Part shown: positions 29,506 to 37,413 of the stretch, in pieces
How positions within the stretch are numbered: position 1 is the first letter of the stretch
Layout: the number at the start of each line of letters is the position of its first letter
Assembly: GCA_965223705.1 (NCBI GenBank)
Contig: OZ245015.1
Coordinates: 1,504,001 to 1,568,000 of the forward strand
DNA: 64,000 nucleotides
Origin: Myxococcota bacterium
GTDB taxonomy: Bacteria > Myxococcota_A > UBA9160 > UBA6930
Direction: 5' to 3'
The notes under the pieces: model-generated
The model's database searches: none
Told to the model about the DNA's origin: nothing
Seen by the model: the letters and a program-made list of their open reading frames with translations, nothing else
Position numbers and translations under genes: made by a program

Positions 29506-29948
29506 GCGACGCTCCGCCGGCTTTTGCTGCACACGAGCTCGCCTTGACCGAGGCTCTTCGAAAAGGAGCCGTGTGGATCCGACCGTGCGGTGTGTCGATG
29601 CGCCCCACACTCGTCGAAGGCGATTCTGTCGAGCTCGCGCTCTTACCGGCGCGCTGGGGCGCGATCGCTCTGGTGTCCCACCGAGGAAGGTTGTGGCTCC
29701 ACCGGTTGGTATGGCGCCGCGGCGGGCGGTGGTTGTTGTGGGGCGACGCGCGAGCGCGTCCCGAGGGCTGGGTGGAAGAACGGCAGATCCTCGCGATCGC
29801 CGTGGCGCGCCGCCGCGATGACGGACGGGCGCTCGACCTCGTGCGCGGTCCGGCGCGCCTTCTGGGGCTCTGCGCCGCAGCCGTCCGACGCCCTTTGCGC
29901 CGTCTACGCGCCCACGCGCAGCGAGCCACGCCGCTCCGCGCGCCCTAG
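29502..29948 (+). CDS. S24/S26 signal-peptidase-like protein
   Basis: GVSMRPTLVEGD...LHRL...WGDA; start inside track ORF 28986..29948. Confidence 0.8.
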   Translation: MSDAPPAFAAHELALTEALRKGAVWIRPCGVSMRPTLVEGDSVELALLPARWGAIALVSHRGRLWLHRLVWRRGGRWLLWGDARARPEGWVEERQILAIAVARRRDDGRALDLVRGPARLLGLCAAAVRRPLRRLRAHAQRATPLRAP

Positions 29949-30743
29949 AGCGATCCGCAGGAGCGCGGAGGACAGGCACCATCCCAGCGCAGCCATCCAG
30001 GTGAGATGCAAGAGGGGCTCTGCGAGCTGACGCAGCGACGCGCCTGCAAACAACGCATCGCGGAGGGCGTCGATTCCGATGTAAAGGGGCAGCCACGAAG
30101 CGAGGACCGCGGCGGGGGCGGGGAGGAGCTCCGCCGGAAAATAGACGCCGCCGAGGAGCGTCATCAGCGCGAGCGACCCGCTGACGAACAAGTGCGCCCG
30201 TCGAGTGGCGAGCCACACCGCCGCTCCGGCGATGCCCACCGGAAGCATCGCGATTAGCGTGAGCGCGGCACACACCGAAGCGCCGATCCAATCGGGAGAG
30301 AATCCGGAGCTGCCGCGAAGCAACCAAAGCCAGGCGGCGGCGCCGTAGGCTGCCATTTGGATCGAAGCGAGGAGAAGTGCCGCCGTCGCGGCGCCGGCGA
30401 GAATCCCGGCGACGGGAGCCCCCGCTGCGATCGCGATTTCGAGCGTTCCCTCAGACGCGTCGCGCGCGAAGCCGTTCGCCACCGAACCGGCGACCACGGC
30501 GACCGTTTGGAACAGGATCAACCCCGATACGACGAATGCGAAGTAGTCGCCGCCGACGAGCTCGTCCGGCGCGCCGTCGACGAGACGGGCGATGAAAAAA
30601 TAGACGACCAGCCCGAGCAAACCGGACGCCAGCCCCGCGGCGGCAACCCAGCCGTAGGATCGCTGAATCGACAAGTCGCGTCGGATCACGCCCAGTGCCG
30701 TCGCGCATCCGGCGCGCCAATGCGGGCGCACGGCCGCGGTCAC
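29904..30743 (-). CDS. ABC-2 type exporter permease
   Basis: RRDL.I..SY, DYFAFV, EGTLE, LGGVYFPAELLP, LPLY.GIDALR. Confidence 0.85.
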   Translation of the reverse strand: MTAAVRPHWRAGCATALGVIRRDLSIQRSYGWVAAAGLASGLLGLVVYFFIARLVDGAPDELVGGDYFAFVVSGLILFQTVAVVAGSVANGFARDASEGTLEIAIAAGAPVAGILAGAATAALLLASIQMAAYGAAAWLWLLRGSSGFSPDWIGASVCAALTLIAMLPVGIAGAAVWLATRRAHLFVSGSLALMTLLGGVYFPAELLPAPAAVLASWLPLYIGIDALRDALFAGASLRQLAEPLLHLTWMAALGWCLSSALLRIALGRAERRGSLRVGA

Positions 30744-31402
30744 GCGGCGCGTTCCAAAGCCGATCGCGTCAGCCGACCTTCACGCAGGGTGAGCCACCCC
30801 GAGCAGTGTTCGGCGACGTGCCGCGGTTGGTGCGAAACCCAAAGTGCCGTCCGGCCCAACGCGCGAAGTTCCTCGGTGAGGCCGCGGTGGATGTCGTCCG
30901 TGCTGTCGGGATCGACCGCTGAGGTGGGCTCGTCGAGAAGTGCGAGTGTCGCAGGGGAGGTCAGGATTCGGACGAGGCCTGCGCGTTGCAGCATGCCCTG
31001 TGAGCATGCGTCGGCGCGAACGTCGAGGTCGCTCGCAATGCCGAAGCGCTCACTCAGCCGATCGATCTCCCGATCGATCGCGTGGGAGAAAGCGCCGGAC
31101 CAGCTCCCCGCGTAGCGCAGGTTCGCGCGCAGGCTGAGTCTGCGCTGAAAGCGGCCGCCGGCCTCTCCCGACCAAGCGATGGCGCCGCGCCGGCGAGCCG
31201 CGACCGCGCCGAGCGCGCCGACGCGTACGGTCCCGCGATCCGGGCGGAGCAGGCCGGCGCACAGGCGCAGCAGGGTGCTTTTGCCCGCTGCATTTCTTCC
31301 GCCGATCCCGACGATTCCCCCTCTGGGGACTTCGAGGCTCAACCCATCGAGGACGGCGTGCCCGTTGAATGCCTTCCGCACGTCGTGCAGTTCGAGAAAC
31401 AC
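30740..31402 (-). CDS. ABC exporter ATP-binding protein
   Basis: GRNAAGKST, CSQGMLQR, LLDEPT, SH; start uncertain. Confidence 0.87.
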   Translation of the reverse strand: MFLELHDVRKAFNGHAVLDGLSLEVPRGGIVGIGGRNAAGKSTLLRLCAGLLRPDRGTVRVGALGAVAARRRGAIAWSGEAGGRFQRRLSLRANLRYAGSWSGAFSHAIDREIDRLSERFGIASDLDVRADACSQGMLQRAGLVRILTSPATLALLDEPTSAVDPDSTDDIHRGLTEELRALGRTALWVSHQPRHVAEHCSGWLTLREGRLTRSALERAA

Positions 31403-31563
31403 GCCTCCAATTTCGGCGCCGTACAGGAAAACCTTGAGTCCCGAGATTTCGAGAAAACCCGCTGCAGACGCGAACTTCACGCCGCAATCACCGCTTCGTG
31501 ATACATTGGACAAGCTGTATCGGACCCGGTGTGCTTGTTCTGAGCGAGCTCGAGGGGAGCGGG

Positions 31564-31797
31564 ATGAGAGAGCTCATCGAAGCGATCGTGAAGGCTTTGG
31601 TCGATCAGCCCGACGAAGTCCAAATCAAGGAAGTGATCGGCGACCACGCCCACGTTCTCGAATTGCGCGTCGCCAAAGAAGATCTCGGAAAGGTGATCGG
31701 CAAGGGCGGGGCGCATGCGTCTGCCATCCGAACGATCATGGCCGCGGCCAGCGGCAAAGAGAAGAAGCGCTACATCCTGGAAATCATCGAGTTCTAG
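31564..31797 (+). CDS. khpA: KH-domain RNA-binding protein KhpA
   Basis: MRELIEAIVKALVDQPDEV...ELRVAKEDLGKVIGKGG..A.AIRTI. Confidence 0.92.
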   Translation: MRELIEAIVKALVDQPDEVQIKEVIGDHAHVLELRVAKEDLGKVIGKGGAHASAIRTIMAAASGKEKKRYILEIIEF

Positions 31798-31949
31798 GAA
31801 CTCGCTTCGCAAACCGCGCGGCAAGTCCCCCTCGCGCGAAGCACGATATTGAAACTGCAGTTCCGAAACGGGTATCGCCCGAAAGGGCGGATTGATGCCC
31901 GTTCACCGCAGTTCGGTGACTTAGCGCCGCGGCTGCGGGTGGCTTGGGT

Positions 31950-31964
31950 TGGCACGTGTGTTGC
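31950..31964 (+). promoter_or_regulatory. sigma54 (-24/-12) promoter
   Basis: TGGCACGTGTGTTGC matches TGGCACG-N4-TTGC exactly, 60 nt upstream of the TPR gene. Confidence 0.7.
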
Positions 31965-32023
31965 GATCACCAAAACGAAACGTGAGCCCGGTCACCCGCG
32001 GGCCCCCAACGCGGAGAAACAAC

Positions 32024-32518
32024 ATGAATGCCACTTTTCCGGCGGAAGAACAGTATCGGCGCGGACGCGACTTACTGGCAGACGACGCTCACCCCGAGGC
32101 GTTGGAGCATTTTCGAGCGGCCTACAACCTCGATCGCGCGAACCCCCGGTACCGCTCCTATTATGGGCTCGGCTTGGCGACGGTTGAGCGCCGCTTCGAC
32201 AAGGCGCTCGAGCTGTGTCGTTCCGCGGCGAAGGAAGAATTCTTCAACCCGGAGCTCTACCACAACTTGGCTCGCGTCCATCTGGCTTTCGGGTTCAAGG
32301 CCGAGGCGATTCGCTACCTGCGCCGCGGCCTCATGATCGACCCCGGCAACGGCGAGATGAGCACAGAGCTCGCGGGCCTCGGCGTTCGCAATCGGCCCGT
32401 TCTGACGTTCCTGCCGCGCAGGCATCCGATGAACCGCATGTTGGGCCGAGTTCGCCATTGGTGGCGCAGCGGTCCCGGCCGCATCGCCAGCATGGCAACG
32501 ACTCGCGCCCTCGGTTAG
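32024..32518 (+). CDS. Tetratricopeptide repeat protein
   Basis: EALEHFRAAY..D, ELYHNLARVHL..G..AEAI..LRRGL.IDPGN; GGAGA before ATG 32024. Confidence 0.85.
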   Translation: MNATFPAEEQYRRGRDLLADDAHPEALEHFRAAYNLDRANPRYRSYYGLGLATVERRFDKALELCRSAAKEEFFNPELYHNLARVHLAFGFKAEAIRYLRRGLMIDPGNGEMSTELAGLGVRNRPVLTFLPRRHPMNRMLGRVRHWWRSGPGRIASMATTRALG

Positions 32519-32614
32519 GCCGCGGCGCCGTTTGCCGTCCGGTTGACGGCGCGAGGCCCACGGACTATCTCTCCGGCTCCGCCGCCTCAGGCGGAGTTCG
32601 AGGGGTAGGCCTCC

Positions 32615-32707
32615 GTGGGCAACGTCATCAAAAAACGCCGCAAGAAGATGCGGAAGCACAAGAAGAAGAAGCTCCTCAAACGCTCGCGGCACAAGCGCAA
32701 GCGCTAA
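32615..32707 (+). CDS. 30-aa basic protein, AURKAIP1/COX24 domain (bS22/mS38-like)
   Basis: Translated by hand: MGNVIKKRRKKMRKHKKKKLLKRSRHKRKR*; GAGGGG upstream; below ORF-track cutoff. Confidence 0.88.
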   Translation: MGNVIKKRRKKMRKHKKKKLLKRSRHKRKR

Positions 32708-33040
32708 TCTTGGGGACCCGGCGCGGCGGAGCCGCGCCACCCCGCTACGCTCGCGTTCCGCTCGCTGCGTACTCTCTCCGCGCTTCGCGCTCCGTTCGCT
32801 TGCTCTGGCTGAAGAACGGTCCTTCCGGTCCGTTGGCTGTTAGGGGAGTAGGCAGCCGCCCGCAATCTGCCCAAAGTGCGAAGCACCGAGGGAATCGGGC
32901 ATGCGAGCGCCCGAAGTTCGAAGCATTCGAGGCGACCGCCATGCAAGCGACCGGAGTGCGAAGCGCGACGGAAGCGCGCAGCGAGCGGAACGCGAGCGTA
33001 GCGGGGTGGCGCGGCTCCGCCGCGCCGGGACTCCCCAGAT
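32707..33040. repeat. ~330-nt foldback element with perfect 53-bp inverted arms (MITE / REP doublet / structured RNA)
   Basis: 32717-32769 is the exact reverse complement of 32977-33029; inner arms 32779-32803 and 32943-32967 match at 23/25. Confidence 0.85.
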
Positions 33041-33096
33041 GAGTAAGTTGCTCGCAGCTTTAGCCTCCATCACCTTGATTTTTTTCTGTTTCTGAC

Positions 33097-33126
33097 TTGA
33101 CGGGCAAGTTTTCGTGTTGTTAGCGT
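33097..33126 (+). promoter_or_regulatory. sigma70-like promoter for the H1-like gene
   Basis: TTGACG-N18-TAGCGT with TGn before the -10 and a T-rich upstream tract. Confidence 0.5.
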
Positions 33127-33342
33127 CAGCCGCAATTGTGGCTCTAGTGCCGCGGATTGCTGTGGAAATGAAGGCAGTCTCGCAGCCAGTTTGTCTTTAA
33201 GTCGACAGTTGCACACTCCGATAGGAGTCGTGAGCTGTAGGCGGCGGACAAGCAGCATGGGAGCGGGTTGATCCCCTCTCTCGATGCATCAATGCAGCGC
33301 GGCCGAGGTGCTCGAGACCACCACAAGGGGGGTGACCCAGAA

Positions 33343-33804
33343 ATGGCAGCACGCAAGAAGGCGACCCGCAAGAAGGCTACGCGTAAGAAGGCTACGCGAA
33401 AGAAGGCCACGCGGAAGAAGGCGACTCGCAAGAAGGCCGCGCGTAAGAAGGCTACGCGCAAGAAGGCCACAAGGAAGAAGGCTACGCGTAAGAAGGCTAC
33501 GCGGAAGAAAGCCACCCGGAAGAAGGCTACGCGGAAGAAGGCTACGCGCCGCAAGAAAGCGACGCGAAAGAAGGCCACCCGCAAGAAGGCCACCCGCCGG
33601 AAGAAGGCTACGCGGAAGAAGGCGACCCGCAAGAAGGCCACTCGAAAGAAGGCCACGCGGAAGAAAGCCACACGCCGCAAGAAGGCTACGCGCAAGAAGG
33701 CGACCCGGAAGAAGGCTACGCGTAAGAAAGCTACGCGGAAAAAGGCCACCCGGAAGAAGGCCGCGCGCAAGAAGGCGACTCGCCGGCGACGTCGAGCTTC
33801 CTAG
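33343..33804 (+). CDS. Histone H1-like / HC2-like basic repeat protein (153 aa)
   Basis: MAA + 28 RKKA(T/A) units + RRRRRAS; synonymous codon variation between units; own promoter and terminator. Confidence 0.85.
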   Translation: MAARKKATRKKATRKKATRKKATRKKATRKKAARKKATRKKATRKKATRKKATRKKATRKKATRKKATRRKKATRKKATRKKATRRKKATRKKATRKKATRKKATRKKATRRKKATRKKATRKKATRKKATRKKATRKKAARKKATRRRRRAS

Positions 33805-33839
33805 CTCGAAGTCGGGGCAGACCTTCAGGGAGTCTGTGG

Positions 33840-33872
33840 ACCCCGGCCGGCACCTCGCCGGCCGGGGTTTCC
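33840..33872 (+). terminator. Probable intrinsic terminator
   Basis: CCCCGGCCGGC-ACCTC-GCCGGCCGGGG followed by TTTCCTCGTT (short U tract). Confidence 0.6.
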
Positions 33873-33948
33873 TCGTTCTCCTCGGCCTTTCGGTCGGGAC
33901 TAGAGTCCTCTAGGATCCTGCGTTCCGGAACCAACGAGGAATAGCTCC

Positions 33949-34161
33949 ATGGCGCGAATTACCGTAGAAGACTGCATCAAACGGGTTCCGAACCGTTTTC
34001 ATCTGGTTCAGATGGCGGGTATCCGGACCAAGCAATTGAAGAAAGGTGCGAGGCCTCTCGTCGCTGAGACGGAAAACAAAGAGGTCGTCACCGCCCTGCG
34101 AGAGATCGCTGCGGGCTACATCAAGCCCGACTACGCGGACGAAGAGGAATCTTTCGAGTAG
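33949..34161 (+). CDS. rpoZ: RNA polymerase omega subunit
   Basis: MARITVEDC...[30 protein letters not shown]. Confidence 0.96.
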   Translation: MARITVEDCIKRVPNRFHLVQMAGIRTKQLKKGARPLVAETENKEVVTALREIAAGYIKPDYADEEESFE

Positions 34162-34172
34162 CCCTTCGGCGG

Positions 34173-35414
34173 CTACCCGACCACCTGGATCGGCAGACGA
34201 ACCGTCACCGTGGTCCCCTGAGCAATCTCGCTCGACAGCGAGACCGAGCCACCCAGCAATTCGATGAGCTCGCGGACGAGCGCCAAGCCGAGTCCCGAGC
34301 CGCGGTACGCCGACGTCTGGGTATCGTCGACCTGAAAGAAATCGTCGAAGACGAGTTGCTGATCGTCGTGACAGATACCGACGCCGGTATCGCGAACTGA
34401 ACACACGAGGGAATCACCTTCGACGGCGGATTCGATCTCGATACGACCGGCCTCGGTGAATTTCACGGCGTTGTCGAGAATCAAGTAGAGGATCTGACTG
34501 ATCTTGGCCAAGTCCGTCCGGATCTTCGGATACGGATCTTGAAGCTGCTTGAAGATCTCGACGGGTTTTCCGGCCAGCGTGTCCTGCACGCTGAAGATCG
34601 CCTCTTCCACGACTTCTCGGAAGCTCACTTCCTGCGACTCGGGAACCATGGGCTGCTGCCGGATTTGCCACAGGTCGAGGATGTTCTGCAGCGTCCGCAA
34701 GAACGAGGTGCCGTCGTCGAGGGCGCCCCGCAGCGCCAGTTTCCCGCTCTCGCTCAAGTTCTCGTTCTCGCCGGCCAACACCGCGATGATCGCTTCGATG
34801 ATCCCGTTCAACGGCGTGCGCAACTCACGCGACATTTTTTCAATGAAGTCGCTCTTGAGTTTGTCGACCTGACCGAGCTTTTCCTCGTTTTCGAGCAGGG
34901 CGATGTCCTGCGCGAACAACGCTTCCGAGAGGCGCAAGACCTCATCGGCATCTTCGCCGGCGTCGGGCTCGCCGGCGACCAGAGGACTTCGCTCGAGGTG
35001 AAGCGCGATGATCTCCGCGATGTCGAGGAGTTTTTCTCGCGCGACGCCCTGAACGAGTTCCGGTGATGCGACGGCCAGCGCACCGACGTGGCCTCGTTCG
35101 ATTCGCAAGGGGGTAAGCCACAAACCGCCCGCGGAACGTCCTCCCAAAGACTCGAGAGGCGCAGCCGTCATCGTTTGGTCGTTCGCCAGGCAAGCGGCTA
35201 CGTGGGGGAGGGCTTCGGCAACCGCTCGATCTCGCGCTGCGTCGTCGTCGATCCCCAGCGCATGAAGGGGGCGAATGCCGCCGTTGTCTTTGCTCTGGCT
35301 GGCGAAGAGGAACACGACACCGCCGCGTGACGCGCGCGCCGCTTCGGCGAGGCGGACGCCGATCGGGCCAGTGGGCGAGAAGCCGGAAGCTCCTTGAGAG
35401 GTGACGTCAGCCAC
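34173..35414 (-). CDS. Sensor histidine kinase-like protein lacking the phosphoacceptor His
   Basis: H-box reads SRELRTPL; N (DNAVKFT), G1 (DTGVGI), F and G2 (GSGLGL) boxes present; GAF-like N-terminus. Confidence 0.85.
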   Translation of the reverse strand: MADVTSQGASGFSPTGPIGVRLAEAARASRGGVVFLFASQSKDNGGIRPLHALGIDDDAARDRAVAEALPHVAACLANDQTMTAAPLESLGGRSAGGLWLTPLRIERGHVGALAVASPELVQGVAREKLLDIAEIIALHLERSPLVAGEPDAGEDADEVLRLSEALFAQDIALLENEEKLGQVDKLKSDFIEKMSRELRTPLNGIIEAIIAVLAGENENLSESGKLALRGALDDGTSFLRTLQNILDLWQIRQQPMVPESQEVSFREVVEEAIFSVQDTLAGKPVEIFKQLQDPYPKIRTDLAKISQILYLILDNAVKFTEAGRIEIESAVEGDSLVCSVRDTGVGICHDDQQLVFDDFFQVDDTQTSAYRGSGLGLALVRELIELLGGSVSLSSEIAQGTTVTVRLPIQVVG

Positions 35415-35416
35415 CG

Positions 35417-36556
35417 CTAGAACCGGTCGTCCGAGTCGATCTCGACGGGGCTCTCTTCTTTTTCCTGATCCGGATCCGCCGGGCCGTCACCTTCGAGCGA
35501 CAGGGTCGTTTCGAAATCCGTCGGGTTGCTGGCCGCACCGACCGCGGTTTCGCGAGAAATCTTGTGCGCGCGCAAGAGGTCGAGCAGGTGCTGGTCGAAG
35601 CTCTGCATGTGGTCGCCACGACTGCGCGCAAGGTATTCGGGAATTTGAGCGGTCTTTTGGGGATCTCGAATACATTCTTGAATCGTGCGATTCGCCCGCG
35701 CGACTTCGACCGCCGGAACACGCCCGGTGCCCTTTTTATTCGGCAGGAGGCGAAGCGAAACGATGGCTTGCAGGTTGTCCGCGAGTCGCGCCCGAACCTG
35801 TGCTTGCTCATCCGTCGGGAAGAACGAGAGAAGACGACCGATGGTCGAAGTCACGTCCGACGTGTGAATCGATGAGAAGACCAAGTGGCCGGTCTCCGCG
35901 GCCTTGAGCGATGTATCGACCGTTTCGAGGTCGCGCATCTCGCCGACCATGATGACGTCTGGGTCTTGGCGCAAGGCGGCACGCAAGGCGTCGGGGAACG
36001 ACGCGGTGTCGGTGCCAATCTCGCGTTGGGTGATGATGCTTTTCTCGTGACCGAACACGAACTCGATCGGGTCCTCGATGGTCACAATCTTCGCGCGTCG
36101 GGCGCGATTAATTTCGTTGATGAGCACGGCGAGGGTCGTGGACTTGCCCATACCCGTCGGGCCCGTCACGAGGACGTATCCCCGTCGCAACGTCGCTAGA
36201 TCGCGCAACATCGATGGGAGGTTCAGATCTTCGAAGTTCTGAATCTGCAGGGGAATGACGCGCAGCACGATATTGAAGCAACGCCGCTGTCGCGAGATGT
36301 TGACGCGGAAGCGGCCTTCACCGGGAAGCTCGTAGGCGAGGTCGCGTTCGTTGAATTCGAGGTCGGCGTCGTCGTCGGAGTTGAGAAGCATCCGCGCGAT
36401 CGCATCGGTGTCTTCCTCCGTCAGAACTTTGTAACGGAGCTCGACGAGATTGCCGTTGAATCGGTAGAGCGGGAGGTTTCCGACCTGGAAATGGATGTCC
36501 GACGCGCCTTTCTCGACGCCCAGTCGCAACAGCCGATAGAACTTCTCTCGCTCCAC
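35417..36556 (-). CDS. pilT: PilT/PilU-family ATPase
   Basis: ASDIH, GPTGMGKSTT, TIEDPIEF, ALRQDPDVIMVGEMRD, AAETGHLVFSSIHT; probably a paralogue. Confidence 0.9.
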   Translation of the reverse strand: MEREKFYRLLRLGVEKGASDIHFQVGNLPLYRFNGNLVELRYKVLTEEDTDAIARMLLNSDDDADLEFNERDLAYELPGEGRFRVNISRQRRCFNIVLRVIPLQIQNFEDLNLPSMLRDLATLRRGYVLVTGPTGMGKSTTLAVLINEINRARRAKIVTIEDPIEFVFGHEKSIITQREIGTDTASFPDALRAALRQDPDVIMVGEMRDLETVDTSLKAAETGHLVFSSIHTSDVTSTIGRLLSFFPTDEQAQVRARLADNLQAIVSLRLLPNKKGTGRVPAVEVARANRTIQECIRDPQKTAQIPEYLARSRGDHMQSFDQHLLDLLRAHKISRETAVGAASNPTDFETTLSLEGDGPADPDQEKEESPVEIDSDDRF

Positions 36557-36696
36557 GCGCGAACATCCTCCGTTCCCGGTCGAGTCTCCGAGAACCTCGC
36601 TCATTTCTATCGGGCATCCCCCGCATGGCCTTGACCCATTCGGTCGCTATTCGGGGTTCCAGGGAGGCTCACCCGAACGGCGCTATACTTTGCTTT

Positions 36697-37185
36697 ATGG
36701 GTGCCTGGGCCATCATCGCGCTGCTCACGGTGCTCGCCTTGCCGGCGGCCGCCGACGATCAAGCCGCGTCTCAGAGCACCGAGGGCGAAGTCCGGGGGGC
36801 CGCGCCCTCGAGCCCGCCCCCGGTGGCGCTCGACCGACTCCTCGTGTTGCCAAAGACCCATACCTACTCGGTGGAGAAGCGAGGCGGGGCTTCGGAGACG
36901 GAGTGGCGCACGCGTTTCCGCGAAATGCGGGAATCCCTCGAGGATGAGCAGGCCCTCCTGAAAGAGAACGAGGAAGAGCTCGCCAAGGTCGCCGGAGCAA
37001 AGTCGGCATGGCAGTTCACGGCCCCGGGGATGGGCAACGCCGCCGTCGGCGAAACCACCGTGAGCTACGAGCTGCGCCAGAAGGTTCGGAGAGGCCGCGG
37101 CAAGGTGCGCCAACTCGAATACGAACTCCGCGAACTCGAGGTTCGGGCCAATCTGGCGGAAGTTCCCGAGTCCTGGCGCCACTAG
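36697..37185 (+). CDS. Secreted coiled-coil hypothetical protein
   Basis: Signal peptide (LALPAAA); EWRTRFREMRESLE...ANLAEVPESWR. Confidence 0.7.
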   Translation: MGAWAIIALLTVLALPAAADDQAASQSTEGEVRGAAPSSPPPVALDRLLVLPKTHTYSVEKRGGASETEWRTRFREMRESLEDEQALLKENEEELAKVAGAKSAWQFTAPGMGNAAVGETTVSYELRQKVRRGRGKVRQLEYELRELEVRANLAEVPESWRH

Positions 37186-37347
37186 TCTCCCGGCCACCGC
37201 GAGTCCCGGTTTCGAAACGCCGAGTACCAAGTCGTAACTCGACTCGTGATCCGCGCCACGAAGACTGTGGCGAAAATGCCACTTTGTCAGCTCCGTCTAG
37301 CACCACCATCTGCGGCGGGCCTGCAGGACCGCGAAGCCCGGATTTCT

Positions 37348-37362
37348 TGGCATCTCTCTTGC
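37348..37362 (+). promoter_or_regulatory. sigma54 (-24/-12) promoter
   Basis: TGGCATCTCTCTTGC with correct GG-N10-GC spacing, about 50 nt upstream of GTG 37414. Confidence 0.55.
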
Positions 37363-37413
37363 TGTATTGAAAAAGCTACGTCTTTTGGCCAAGCGCGCTC
37401 TGTGGGAGGTTTC

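Noticed and set aside
31861..31920. c-di-GMP-I riboswitch
   Set aside because: It has a GAAA tetraloop but lacks the GCAAA junction motifs and the second receptor stem.
32707..33040. tmRNA, RNase P RNA, 6S RNA or tRNA
   Set aside because: No T-loop/CCA end and no RNase P GAGGAAAGUCC motif; a perfect 53-bp stem is unlike these RNAs. An Rfam search is still advisable.
33343..33804. 15-nt periodic repeat as a CRISPR array or satellite; antisense (RVAFF)n ORF
   Set aside because: No spacers or cas genes; variation is synonymous for the RKKAT frame, whereas the antisense frame varies F/L.
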